Of a stretch of 64,000 nt of DNA, positions 39,176 to 49,122 are shown piece by piece. Each line of letters opens with the position of its first letter. Positions within the stretch are counted from its first letter, which is position 1. A program made the position numbers and the translations under genes. The notes under the pieces were generated by a model. The model was not told the DNA's origin. It did not search any database and worked only from the letters and a program-made list of their open reading frames with translations. The stretch is from positions 1,240 to 65,239 of IMG/VR virus record IMGVR_UViG_3300031707_001866, one strand, 5' to 3'. Origin of the DNA: a virus (Duplodnaviria; Caudoviricetes).

Positions 39176-39752
39176 AAATTTTTCTTGTAATAATGAAGGA
39201 AAAAGGAAGAAAAGCGACTTTTATGAAACTCCATATTCTATTACAAGACAATTTTTGGAATTGGAACCGCCTCCCCTGGAATGGAAAATTCTCGAACCTG
39301 CCGCTGGTTCGGGGGCAATGACAAAAGTAATAAAAGAGTTTTCAAGTAATGTTACAGAGTATAAATTTGAACAGGGGAAAGATTTTTTAATAGAAAACGA
39401 AAAGTTCGATTTTATAATAACAAATCCTCCTTTTTCTCTTGCCTATGAATTTATTCAAAAAGCAAAACAAGTTGCAAATCATAAGTTCGCACTTTTATTG
39501 CCCTTGTCTTATTTGCACGGAAAAACCAGATTTGATAATGTTTGGTCTGATAAAAAGTTTCCATTATCCCATATATATGTATTTGTTCGTTATCCGATGT
39601 TAGGGAACAAACTGCGAGAAGATGGAAAATATAAAACAGGTATGATGGTTTATGCTTGGTATGTATGGGACAAAAGCACAACAAATAAAGAGCCCATCAT
39701 TAAATGGATTGATAACCATAAATATGTAATAGGGGCAAGAAATGGACAATAA
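39162..39752 (+). CDS. DNA N6-adenine methyltransferase
   Basis: [14 protein letters not shown] (motif I), IITNPPF (motif IV). Confidence 0.88.
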   Translation: MEIGKNFSCNNEGKRKKSDFYETPYSITRQFLELEPPPLEWKILEPAAGSGAMTKVIKEFSSNVTEYKFEQGKDFLIENEKFDFIITNPPFSLAYEFIQKAKQVANHKFALLLPLSYLHGKTRFDNVWSDKKFPLSHIYVFVRYPMLGNKLREDGKYKTGMMVYAWYVWDKSTTNKEPIIKWIDNHKYVIGARNGQ

Positions 39753-40692
39753 AATTGAAATAATAGAATACAAATCCAATGCTCACCCGGACACCTTAAC
39801 AGACCTGGTTGTGGAAGCGTGTGCAACTTTTTTAGATTGGTATTACCAACGAAACTACGGGAAAGTTTTACATTACAATGTAGACAAGGCTCTATTCTCT
39901 GCCGGAGACGCAAACGTTTATTACGGCGGGGGAGAAGTCGTAAAACCACCTTGTTTTATTCTCGGCGGTCAAGTCACTAATTTAGATAGTGTCTTACGAA
40001 GTTGCTTAGTGGGAGAAACTAGAAAAACAATTAGAAAACACTTACCTAATTTAAAAGAGTTTGATGTGGAAATAAGATGCGGTTCCACAGTAAAAAATTT
40101 AAACGACATCGCTGTCAATGAAGTAATTTTATCTAATGACACCTCTTTTGGTGTAGGGTATTATCCTTATTCTTCTGCTGAGCAGACAGTCTTTTCTATT
40201 CGGGATTATTTAGACTTCGTAATCCACGAACAGGTAATCCCAATGGGTGAACTGTACAAAATAATGTATACCCCAGAAACTATTTGTATCTCGGCTCCTT
40301 TATATGCCAATAGAATTCCAGACAGAGAAGCCTACGCTGAGTTTAAGGCACGCATCCAGTATGAACTCTCTGATTATGGCAATATAATATTCAACCCAGA
40401 CTTTGATGGGGGGTTTCCTTATATGACTTTGTGTGGGAGTAGTATTGAATGTGGTGACGATGGTCAGGTGGGTAGAGGAAACAGATACAACGGTCTTATA
40501 ACCCCGTGCCGCCCGATGACCATTGAAGCGTATCACGGGAAGAATAATAAAAACCACGTGGGAAAACTCTACTCTAAAATGGCTTTTGAAAGAGCCAAAG
40601 CGCTTTATGAAGAAACAGGTAAATATACTGAAGTAATTCTAGTTAGTAAAATAGGAAGACCAATTACCGAATACGAGGAGTATATAATATGA
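39742..40692 (+). CDS. mat: Archaeal-type S-adenosylmethionine synthetase (methionine adenosyltransferase)
   Basis: HPDTLTD, HYNVDK, NDTSFGVGYYP, GDDGQVGRGNR.NGLITP.RPMTIEA..GKN..NHVGKLY. Confidence 0.88.
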   Translation: MDNKIEIIEYKSNAHPDTLTDLVVEACATFLDWYYQRNYGKVLHYNVDKALFSAGDANVYYGGGEVVKPPCFILGGQVTNLDSVLRSCLVGETRKTIRKHLPNLKEFDVEIRCGSTVKNLNDIAVNEVILSNDTSFGVGYYPYSSAEQTVFSIRDYLDFVIHEQVIPMGELYKIMYTPETICISAPLYANRIPDREAYAEFKARIQYELSDYGNIIFNPDFDGGFPYMTLCGSSIECGDDGQVGRGNRYNGLITPCRPMTIEAYHGKNNKNHVGKLYSKMAFERAKALYEETGKYTEVILVSKIGRPITEYEEYII

Positions 40693-40834
40693 ACAATCCA
40701 ATACTTTTAGTGCTGATATTTTTTCAACTTTTGGTGGCCGGGTATTATTTTATATCTAAGGCTCCTTTGCTTGGTGGATTATTTATTATTTATGCTATTA
40801 GTAATGTAATAACCATATTTTTGAAAGTGCAATA

Positions 40835-41707
40835 ATGAAAAAGTTACGAATTTTTGACTTGTTTACTGGCATTGCTGGTTTTAGTTTAGGAATAATTCGT
40901 GCATTGGGAAAAGAAAATGTTGAGATAGTGGGATTCGGCGAAATTGAAAAAGACCCAATCGCCATAAATAAATTTAATTTTAAGGAGATTAAAAATTATG
41001 AAGATGGAAAACCCTTGCCCGATTTTGATTTGCTTGTCGGAGGGAGCCCTTGCCAAGACCTCAGCACTGTTGGAAAAAGGAAGGGACTGTTTGGAGAAAG
41101 AAGTAGACTATTCTTTTATTTCGTGCAACTTCTTAAAGAAAAGCAACCTACAAATTTTATCTTTGAAAATGTTAAAGGTATTTTTTCAAGCGATAGAGGA
41201 TGGGATTTTGCAAGAGTGCAAATTGAGTTTTCCGAAGCAGGTTATGACATTGAATGGCAACTACTCAACTCCGCTGACTTCGGAGTCCCTCAACACAGAG
41301 AGCGAATTTATATTATCGGACATCTTAGAGGAAAAAGTGAACCAAAAGTATTTCCTTTCACAAAGAGTAACAGACCGATTATTAAAAAGGAATCTAAATA
41401 TTTAATATTTGATGGTTACAATAGAAAGTTTACAGAAATGATTGGCAGTTTAAGACAAAATATGCTGAATGGTGGAAGTTTAATTGTAGAAGACAACAAA
41501 TTTCGCAAACTAACTCCGATAGAGTGTGAAAGACTGCAGAGTTTTCCAGATAACTGGACGAAATTTGGGATAAGCCAAAAGGGAACCCAGTATGAAATTT
41601 CTGATAATAGACGGTATAAAGCAGTAGGGAACGCAGTTACGGTTAGTCTCGTAGAAACGATTGTTAGGAAGTTATATAAAGTAATCAAAGAGGAAAAATG
41701 CTTATAA
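40835..41707 (+). CDS. C5 DNA cytosine methyltransferase
   Basis: DLFTGIAG, GGSPCQDLS, ENVKG, PQHRERIY, YKAVGNAV. Confidence 0.93.
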   Translation: MKKLRIFDLFTGIAGFSLGIIRALGKENVEIVGFGEIEKDPIAINKFNFKEIKNYEDGKPLPDFDLLVGGSPCQDLSTVGKRKGLFGERSRLFFYFVQLLKEKQPTNFIFENVKGIFSSDRGWDFARVQIEFSEAGYDIEWQLLNSADFGVPQHRERIYIIGHLRGKSEPKVFPFTKSNRPIIKKESKYLIFDGYNRKFTEMIGSLRQNMLNGGSLIVEDNKFRKLTPIECERLQSFPDNWTKFGISQKGTQYEISDNRRYKAVGNAVTVSLVETIVRKLYKVIKEEKCL

Positions 41708-43509
41708 ACACAGCGGAATTATTGTTAACCACTATTAGGCAAGTTAACGAAGCCAAAATTATAGCCGTCGACACGGAGACTGACGGCTTAGATATACAGG
41801 CATTAAAATTGGTCGGTATCAGTATTGCTTACAGGACTGATAAAATAGAATCTTTTTATATCCCGGTGGGTCACAATAAGATAGAAGCATTTGATACTAT
41901 ACCTGAACACTTAGTAGGAAGTGCTAATCAATTGGGCGTGGACTTTGTTATTAAAACACTCAAACCTATTCTAGAAAACCCGGAAATAAAAACTATCTGG
42001 TTCAATGCCAAGTTTGATATGCAGGTATTCAAAAAATATGGTGTTGAGGTAGCACAACCTTATTACGATTCACAGATTGCCTGCTGGCTTTATAATGAGA
42101 ATGTAATGCCGCGAAGTTTAAAAAACTATACTAAAGTTTATTTAAAAGGCGAGCCAAAAGAATTTGACGCGTTGCTAAAGGAATATAAAGCAAAAACAAT
42201 CGCCGACGTGCCTATTGAAGCTGCAATGCACTACGCCCAGGCCGACGCGCACAATACCTACGCTCTCTATTCTTATTTTGCTAAAACAAATAAACTAGAG
42301 GTCGAAGGTGTAAAAAATCTATTTGAAAAAATTGAAATGCCTTTAATCAGACCTTTATTAGAGATGGAATGGGCGGGGATTTTAATTAACAAGTCATTAA
42401 AAGAAGAACTGAAACTGTCTTCAGAGGTAATAATAAAGGAATTAGAGGCCACCATTAAAGGAACGTTGGGAAACTTTACCCTAAACATAAACAGTCCCGC
42501 GCAACTAGGTAAAGTCCTTTATGAAACATTGGGAATAGAGCCATTGGGGTTTACTAAAAAGACAGATAAACCCGCAATGACCGAATCAATTTTAGAGAAG
42601 TTGGCGATTGATTATCCATTGGCTGAAAAAATACTTGAATATAAAACTTATTTTAAACTATACTCTACCTTTATTGAGGGTATGGGCAATTTAACTAAGG
42701 AAGACGGTAGGATTCACACTAACTTTAATCAATGCCAGACAGTCACCGGGCGGTTATCCTCTAATTCTCCCAATCTCCAAAATATCCCGAAGAAAAAAGA
42801 TACCCTTCAATTGAGGAGATTATTTATTCCGCCCGAAGGGTATAAGTTTATCAAAGCCGACTATAACCAAATGGAATTAAGGGTTCTGGCGCATTTCTCT
42901 GGGGATAAATACTTAACTAACGCTTTTAATAATAATTTTGATATTCACGAAAGAGTAGCACAGGAATGTAAAATTACACGGGACATCGCGAAGACAATTA
43001 ATTTCGGGCTTATCTACGGTATGCAGGCATTTGGATTGGCAAAAAGATTAAAAATAGATGAAGAAGAGGCCAACGACTACATAGTTAGATATTTTTCATT
43101 GTGCCCCGGCGTGAAGACCTGGATTGAAAGCACTAAAAAGTCTGTGCTACAAGTGGGGTATACTCGGACTTACTTAGGGCGTAAAAGGCGTTTTCCGAGG
43201 CTAAACCCTTACGATAGATACGAAGTAGGCTCTGCTCAGCGCCAGGGGGTTAATCACGTCATTCAAGGAACCTCAGCTGACATCGTAAAACTCGCCTTAA
43301 TCAATACTTACAAAAGATTAAAGGACTCTAAACTAGACGCCAGAATACTCCTTCAGGTTCACGATGAATTGTTAATTGAGGTAAAGGAATCCGAGGCACA
43401 AAAAGCCGCCGACATTGTAAAATATGAAATGGAAAATGCAGTTAAATTGCGGGTGGCGTTGCCGGTGGAAGTCGAGATACTGGACAATTGGTATAAAGAA
43501 AAGGAATAA
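41698..43509 (+). CDS. polA: Family A DNA polymerase with 3'-5' exonuclease
   Basis: DTETDGL, FNAKFD, TGRLSS..PNLQNIP, DYNQMELR, KTINFGLIYG, VHDEL. Confidence 0.95.
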   Translation: MLINTAELLLTTIRQVNEAKIIAVDTETDGLDIQALKLVGISIAYRTDKIESFYIPVGHNKIEAFDTIPEHLVGSANQLGVDFVIKTLKPILENPEIKTIWFNAKFDMQVFKKYGVEVAQPYYDSQIACWLYNENVMPRSLKNYTKVYLKGEPKEFDALLKEYKAKTIADVPIEAAMHYAQADAHNTYALYSYFAKTNKLEVEGVKNLFEKIEMPLIRPLLEMEWAGILINKSLKEELKLSSEVIIKELEATIKGTLGNFTLNINSPAQLGKVLYETLGIEPLGFTKKTDKPAMTESILEKLAIDYPLAEKILEYKTYFKLYSTFIEGMGNLTKEDGRIHTNFNQCQTVTGRLSSNSPNLQNIPKKKDTLQLRRLFIPPEGYKFIKADYNQMELRVLAHFSGDKYLTNAFNNNFDIHERVAQECKITRDIAKTINFGLIYGMQAFGLAKRLKIDEEEANDYIVRYFSLCPGVKTWIESTKKSVLQVGYTRTYLGRKRRFPRLNPYDRYEVGSAQRQGVNHVIQGTSADIVKLALINTYKRLKDSKLDARILLQVHDELLIEVKESEAQKAADIVKYEMENAVKLRVALPVEVEILDNWYKEKE

Positions 43510-43511
43510 CG

Positions 43512-43814
43512 ATGGCAAATAAATATTTCGAGTTAGTTACATTTTATAAAATATTTAAGGGATATGATAAAATACCTAACTGGGATAAAATAAATTTCAA
43601 TATGGGAAAGAACATTTCCCCGGCTAAAAGATTGCTGGAATTGACCGGAGGTGACGAGAAATTAGCCAGGCAAGCAATTGAGCAGATTGGCTATAAATTA
43701 AACGAATTGCAGATGAAGAGTTGGACTTTAAATGCAATAGTAAGAAATTATGATAATTGGTTCGTAAATATTTATACCCCTACGCAGCAGAATAAGTCTG
43801 CATTGGAGAAATAA
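43512..43814 (+). CDS. Hypothetical protein (replication module)
   Basis: 100 aa between polymerase and primase-helicase. Confidence 0.6.
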   Translation: MANKYFELVTFYKIFKGYDKIPNWDKINFNMGKNISPAKRLLELTGGDEKLARQAIEQIGYKLNELQMKSWTLNAIVRNYDNWFVNIYTPTQQNKSALEK

Positions 43815-45565
43815 TGCCGAATAGATTAGAAATAACAAATTATTTATCCGAAAGAAATTTGAGATTTCAGGTAAGTGTAAACTCTCAAATAAATTTACGC
43901 GGGTGTCCTTTTTGTGGCGACGCTAGTTGGTATCATTTTTATATTTTAACGGAAGAGAAGAAAACCCCGAATAAGACCTACCCCCCAGGGACATTTAATT
44001 GTAAGAAATGTAATGCTTCCGGCGGATGGGAACAATTTGTTTCTAAGTTAACAAATGCCGAGCCAATCTCTGAAACAGAAGAAATGAAACAGGATGTTCC
44101 GGCACTTACCATAGACTTGGTAGAAAGTTACCATAATTTATTATATAAAAATGAAATTGCCCTCAAATATCTTTACAGTCGGGGTTTTAATGATAAGTCT
44201 ATTAAATATTTTAAAGTAGGCTGTTTAGAGGACAACTCAGGAATATGGATTGCCTTTCCTTCATTAAGAGAGGGTAAAGTCGAAGACATTAACTTCAGAT
44301 TGATTACAGGCAAAGAAAAAAGATACAAAAGAACAGGAATAGGTAAAGTAATTTTATATAATCAGGACGCTATAAAGGACTACAAAGAAGTTTTTGTGGT
44401 TGAGGGGGAACCCGATTGTATAACTCTTTGGCAGGCCGGAGTAAAAAATATCTGCGCTGTTTTGGGAGCCAACAATTTTCCGGCTGAATCGTATGATTTA
44501 TTAAAAACAAAGATTAAAGTATACATTTGCTTGGATAATGACGCTGACCGAAGTCCGAATGTGGGTCAAGTAGCAGCGCGTAAGTTCGCAGAACGTTTAG
44601 GATTCAGTCGGTGCTGGAATATCACTCTCCCAGTTAAGGATGTTAATGAATATTTTAAAGACCACAATATAAGTGACTTCCAATTATTGGTAGAACAGGC
44701 TAAACAATATAAAGTAGAGAGCGTTTATTCTTTAGAAGAGATGGCCGATGAAGTAGAAAAGAAAGACGACGAACTTACCGGAATAGAAACGGGATGGGAA
44801 AACGTAGACAAATTAACGAAGAGATACCAGCCGGGGGAATTAACTGTTATTTCAGCCGGGGTGGGCGTGGGCAAGACCACCTTCACTTTAAATACTGCGT
44901 TATATAACGCCCATAAGGGCATACCCTCGTTATATTACTGTTTAGAGGTTCCTTCCAAGCGGTTATACAGAAAGATAGTGGCCTACGAATTAGAGATTTC
45001 CGATAACTATGAGGCCGATATAACCCCAGAAATGTTTGCTCAAGCCAGAGAGAAACTTAAAGGTATTCCGTTCTATGTGGGGCATAACTTTGCCATAGCC
45101 AATGGTGTTGAGATGATGAGTCTGTTAAGTGAATCTGTTAAGCGTTATAATATTCAATTATTGGTATTTGACAATATAAACTTTTTGGTTAAAAATATTG
45201 AACACACCACGCAAGAGATTGACAAGGTAAGTAAAGCGTTTAAGACCCTATCTTTGGAATATAATGTGGCGACTCTTTTGATAGCCCAGTTATCTAAAAT
45301 ACCGGAAGACCGTATGCCTACTGTTCAGGACATACGAGGTAGCAGTTTAATTTCTGCTGATGCGGATAATGTTCTGTTCTTGTATCGTAAAAGAATAACT
45401 ACTGATGTTAATAGAACCGAAGAAGACTTCTGTTCTCTTAATTTTTCTCTTGACCCGTTTACCATTATTAGATTAGACAAAAGTAGATTTTCTTCCGGCG
45501 GGGATACGGCGCTGTATTTTGATGGGGCAAAATCACGTTTCTATCCTATTAAGAAAGAGGAATAA
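43814..45565 (+). CDS. Primase-helicase (Zn finger, TOPRIM, DnaB-like)
   Basis: CPFC/CKKC, VEGEPD, LDND, AGVGVGKTT, AQLS, IRGS, DADNV. Confidence 0.93.
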   Translation: MPNRLEITNYLSERNLRFQVSVNSQINLRGCPFCGDASWYHFYILTEEKKTPNKTYPPGTFNCKKCNASGGWEQFVSKLTNAEPISETEEMKQDVPALTIDLVESYHNLLYKNEIALKYLYSRGFNDKSIKYFKVGCLEDNSGIWIAFPSLREGKVEDINFRLITGKEKRYKRTGIGKVILYNQDAIKDYKEVFVVEGEPDCITLWQAGVKNICAVLGANNFPAESYDLLKTKIKVYICLDNDADRSPNVGQVAARKFAERLGFSRCWNITLPVKDVNEYFKDHNISDFQLLVEQAKQYKVESVYSLEEMADEVEKKDDELTGIETGWENVDKLTKRYQPGELTVISAGVGVGKTTFTLNTALYNAHKGIPSLYYCLEVPSKRLYRKIVAYELEISDNYEADITPEMFAQAREKLKGIPFYVGHNFAIANGVEMMSLLSESVKRYNIQLLVFDNINFLVKNIEHTTQEIDKVSKAFKTLSLEYNVATLLIAQLSKIPEDRMPTVQDIRGSSLISADADNVLFLYRKRITTDVNRTEEDFCSLNFSLDPFTIIRLDKSRFSSGGDTALYFDGAKSRFYPIKKEE

Positions 45566-45567
45566 TT

Positions 45568-45643
45568 GCGGAGGTAGTTCAGTGGTAGAACAGCAAACTT
45601 TCCAGTTTGAAGACGGCGGTTCAACTCCGACCTCTCCGCTCCA
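45568..45643 (+). tRNA. Non-canonical tRNA-Gly-like element (TCC), overlapping the Mom-like CDS
   Basis: GCGGAGG/TCTCCGC acceptor, U discriminator, CCA, canonical D arm GTTC-AGTGGTA-GAAC; anticodon loop 6 or 8 nt; bulged A in T stem. Confidence 0.75.
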
Positions 45644-46193
45644 ATTACAAGTCATTATAGTAGAAATAGAGAAGCCAGAAGCTAAATTACTCATTGAAAA
45701 TTATCATTATTTAGGTAATAAACCGTTTAGAAGCAGCGTTATATTTGGATTGTTTGTCAATCACCTTTTAGTCGGCTGCGCTGTTTTTCACGGATTATCC
45801 GCTCCCGAAACAGCGGTTGGCGCTTTTGGGTTAGAAAGAAAGCAACAGCACAATTTAATGGAATTAGGGAGATTGGTGCTACATCCGAAGTATAACGGTA
45901 AAAATTATGGCAGTCAATTAGTCGGTTTTAGTTTAAGAAAATTAAAAAGTTATGGTGTTCGGGCTGTTATAAGTTACGCTGACAGTAGTAGACATAGTGG
46001 GGCAATTTATAGAGCGTGTAATTTCAAATATTACGGTTTAAGCGCAAAGAAAAAAGATTTTTATGTTAACGGTAAAATTCAAGAGAGAGGAAAAACTAAG
46101 GGAATTAACGGTGAATGGAGAGACCGCCCACAAAAACACAGGTATATATTTTTATTGGATAAAACTTTAAAAGTTTATTGGAAGGAACAATAA
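45582..46193 (+). CDS. Mom-like GNAT-fold DNA adenine modification protein
   Basis: ENYHYLG, ELGRL, VISYAD..HSGAIYRACNF.YYG, KHRYIF; GTG 45582 with GGAGG 45570-45574 (alternative ATG 45522). Confidence 0.75.
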   Translation: MVEQQTFQFEDGGSTPTSPLQLQVIIVEIEKPEAKLLIENYHYLGNKPFRSSVIFGLFVNHLLVGCAVFHGLSAPETAVGAFGLERKQQHNLMELGRLVLHPKYNGKNYGSQLVGFSLRKLKSYGVRAVISYADSSRHSGAIYRACNFKYYGLSAKKKDFYVNGKIQERGKTKGINGEWRDRPQKHRYIFLLDKTLKVYWKEQ

Positions 46194-46705
46194 TGGACAA
46201 AAAAGATGTTCGCAAACTCATCCTGTTATACAAAAAAAATCACGACACAAAAGCGTTGACTATCTTAATGGAAGCGTTTGAGGGATTGATTTACTGGATA
46301 GTCTATAAGAGGTTTAAGAGGTTAATGCGCTATGTGGATATTGAGGATATAAAAGCGGAAGCGAAAGCGTGCTTTATTGAATTGGCCTTAACTTACAATC
46401 ACCGGCGAAAGATGAGCTTTTTAAGTTATATACATAGGTTCTTGCCTTTGCGCCTTTGTAGTAAATTCCAAAAACCCAAACTGGTGGAAATACCAGCCCC
46501 AGACCTTTTAGACCTTACGGAAGCACCCATACCGGCCAACCAAGACCCCGATTATCTTGCCTTGATACAAAACCTCACCATAAAAGAAAAAGACGCCCTT
46601 ACGCTTCCTTTGAGGCGTTGGGCGTCTAAATATCATTCTACGACCCACCAAGCACGAAAAATACGCACTACGATTAGAAAACAGGCATTAAAAATAAGTA
46701 GGTAA
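46193..46705 (+). CDS. Sigma factor-like protein (region 2)
   Basis: LMEAFEGLIYWIV, DIEDIKAEA...IELALTYN....SFLSY. Confidence 0.7.
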   Translation: MDKKDVRKLILLYKKNHDTKALTILMEAFEGLIYWIVYKRFKRLMRYVDIEDIKAEAKACFIELALTYNHRRKMSFLSYIHRFLPLRLCSKFQKPKLVEIPAPDLLDLTEAPIPANQDPDYLALIQNLTIKEKDALTLPLRRWASKYHSTTHQARKIRTTIRKQALKISR

Positions 46706-46979
46706 TAGTCTGGGAAGTAGGTATTTTGAGGTGTTTAATTCCTCTTTATTTCATTTACTTCACCAAGAGTAACTCTACCCCACAGTATATCAATGGCATT
46801 TCTTCTGGCCTCATCTTCGTTTTCTGCTTCAACTTCTATTGTTTTTATCCCATCAATTCCTGCGTAGTCAATATACCATTCAACCTTAAACTTTGCCAAT
46901 TTATTTCACCCCCCAATAAATCTACCAAACGAAAATACAACCAACAAAACAAAAACAACAACTCTCAATGTATGTTCCA

Positions 46980-47195
46980 CTATTTTTCTCCTATCAGCAT
47001 AGGGAATAACCCCGCTTCTTTTTCATACCCCACCATAATCCCAATTTCAGATTTACACTTCTGATTTTGGCACTTACCAGTCCAGATGAAACCTTTGTCT
47101 TCCTTCGTCTGGATTAGTCTTACAAATTTACCACAATGACCGCACATTGTTTCGTGAATGATTGTCCTGTTTTTAGCCTTAATTTTCTTTTTCAT
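46980..47195 (-). CDS. Small Zn-finger protein
   Basis: CGHC...C...C. Confidence 0.55.
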   Translation of the reverse strand: MKKKIKAKNRTIIHETMCGHCGKFVRLIQTKEDKGFIWTGKCQNQKCKSEIGIMVGYEKEAGLFPMLIGEK

Positions 47196-47298
47196 ATTTT
47201 CCCCTTTCTCATAAACATACTTAGATACTTTTGCTTAGCCATTCTTTTACATAACACGCAATCGCACGCACCGGATTTATTCTTTTTACTTTTACTTT

Positions 47299-48516
47299 TC
47301 ATTTCATATCTCCTTTCTGGGTATAAATTTTTCCCTCATTCGTTATCATACGGCCTTGCGGGGTAAACTCAATATGCCCCAGAGATAATAAGAAAGGCTC
47401 AGTTATATTTTCGACGGTCTTTTTATCACCGCCCATTGAGAGCAACTTTTTACAGATAGTCCCGATACCAGCCTGTTTAACTGACCCCAAGAAACTAAGG
47501 TATGCCCTGTCAAGTTTTGTTAAACCACAATCATCAATGCCCTTCATCGTTAGCATTTCCCTTACTATTGTTTCCGTTAAGGGCTTGTTATCGGCAATTG
47601 CTGTTCTATACGCACCGAGAGTCAGGAGTGTACAAGTTCTGGCGGTGGAACGGGACACCTTAGCGATTAAATCTAAGCCCTTCAATTCATAATCCTTGAC
47701 GTTTAACCTATCCAGTAATGTTTTACTCATTACGTTTAGTTCCGGCACGTTGTAGGGATTAAGGTCAAAGCACTCAAACCTTGAAAGCATAGCTAAGTCA
47801 ATCTTGCCTTTCTGCGTGGTAGCACCTACGCAAGTAAACGGCGGAACGGCAAAAGTTTTTGTCAACCCTTCTTCATCAGTATAATCAAAACTAAAATCTT
47901 CCAATGCTGTGTATAATTGTTCGGCCAGCTCACTTTTCAAATTATGAAGTTCATCAATAAATACTATGGCCGGAATCTTGGTTTGAAGTTTTGGGTGCGT
48001 AAATATTTTAAGCAAACTATCCTTACTGTCTAAGGCCGACGCAGTAGCACTTATGAACGGTGCGTCAATTTCATTAGCCATAATCTTAGCCAGAGTAGTT
48101 TTACCAATCCCAAACTGTCCGGCAAACAAGGAATGGGGAATTGACTGTTTTAATATCCGGCACGCCTTAATGGTCTTTTTAAGCACTTCTTTCGTTTCAT
48201 CTTGACCGACGTATGCCTCAAAAGTCTGGGGTCGTAATTGATTGACCTTAGCAGTATCAATCACTTCCTCTAAGTTAATATGGTTAACTTTTAGAAATTC
48301 ATTCTCTGCCTCTTTTTTGGATTTGAAAACCCCAATATTGCCTTGAAATAAATAAAAGTCATCTGACAAATGCTGAGGCAACTGCTGAGAGAGATAATAT
48401 TTTTGAAGTGAAATACGCCAAACTAAATCAGATAGTTCACTGTGAACAACCTTTACTTTTTGGACTTCTGATTTTATCTCCGGCGGATTTGTGAGCCATT
48501 GACTTAGGAAACCCAT
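47299..48516 (-). CDS. ruvB: RuvB-like AAA+ ATPase with N-terminal extension
   Basis: LRPQTFEAYVGQ, GQFGIGKTTLA, FIDELH, LYTALED, PPFTCVGATT, EPFLL, TPQGR. Confidence 0.88.
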   Translation of the reverse strand: MGFLSQWLTNPPEIKSEVQKVKVVHSELSDLVWRISLQKYYLSQQLPQHLSDDFYLFQGNIGVFKSKKEAENEFLKVNHINLEEVIDTAKVNQLRPQTFEAYVGQDETKEVLKKTIKACRILKQSIPHSLFAGQFGIGKTTLAKIMANEIDAPFISATASALDSKDSLLKIFTHPKLQTKIPAIVFIDELHNLKSELAEQLYTALEDFSFDYTDEEGLTKTFAVPPFTCVGATTQKGKIDLAMLSRFECFDLNPYNVPELNVMSKTLLDRLNVKDYELKGLDLIAKVSRSTARTCTLLTLGAYRTAIADNKPLTETIVREMLTMKGIDDCGLTKLDRAYLSFLGSVKQAGIGTICKKLLSMGGDKKTVENITEPFLLSLGHIEFTPQGRMITNEGKIYTQKGDMK

Positions 48517-48689
48517 TGGCTGTCCTTTCTATTTTTCTTCAATTCTTTGTATTTCGTAACCACATAAATCAGAAAGTTCTCTTACTTGCCCCTGTGCTTT
48601 TTGTTTGGCTTCTCTCTCTGTTTTAGCGTCTACCAACAAAGACAGGTCAAAATCTACATAGAATTGTTTCATTTTATTTTTCTCCTTTC

Positions 48690-48890
48690 TTAGTCAATCA
48701 GAATAAAACTTGACGTTAAATCAAGTGTTTCGTTATTTATTGCTTCTTGAAATCCTTTTAAGGAATAAACGCTTCCTAATCTCTCGGCTTCGTCTTTTAT
48801 TCTATCATACTCCTTAGCCCGCTCAAGTTTTCTAAATTGTAAATCAGTTTCGTCGTTCAAATCTATGACATACACTCTAATTTCTTTCAT
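48690..48890 (-). CDS. Early hypothetical protein
   Basis: 66 aa, AAGGAG RBS. Confidence 0.6.
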   Translation of the reverse strand: MKEIRVYVIDLNDETDLQFRKLERAKEYDRIKDEAERLGSVYSLKGFQEAINNETLDLTSSFILID

Positions 48891-48908
48891 TTTATTTTCT
48901 CCTTTCTT

Positions 48909-49121
48909 TTAAGCAGGAAAACTCCCGCTAAAATAAACTCCTTCTATATCTTCATAAATACCTTCAACTGGTTCCCAATGACAGGAGTAAATACGAAAGT
49001 TTTGTAGTCCTTCTTCTCTCCATTGGTTGATTATTTGTTTTGCTTCGGCTTCTGTTTTGGTATACTCATCTTTGCCAGTAGTGAACACGTGGAATTTTAG
49101 TTTCTCAATGTCCTTATACAC
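48909..49121 (-). CDS. Early hypothetical protein
   Basis: 70 aa, AAGGAG RBS. Confidence 0.6.
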   Translation of the reverse strand: MYKDIEKLKFHVFTTGKDEYTKTEAEAKQIINQWREEGLQNFRIYSCHWEPVEGIYEDIEGVYFSGSFPA

Positions 49122-49122
49122 T

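Noticed and set aside
40998-41405. Alternative-frame ORF inside the C5 methyltransferase
   Set aside because: Fully overlaps a well-conserved gene; no independent evidence of expression
33645-43509. Z-genome (2-aminoadenine) or 7-deazaguanine pathway
   Set aside because: Only the DUF5664-like gene is present; no PurZ, DatZ, FolE, QueC/D/E or DpdA recognisable
750-46200. Minus-strand ORFs in the plus-strand gene blocks, and plus-strand ORFs within 46726-56625
   Set aside because: Antisense shadows of better-supported genes, without RBS or motifs
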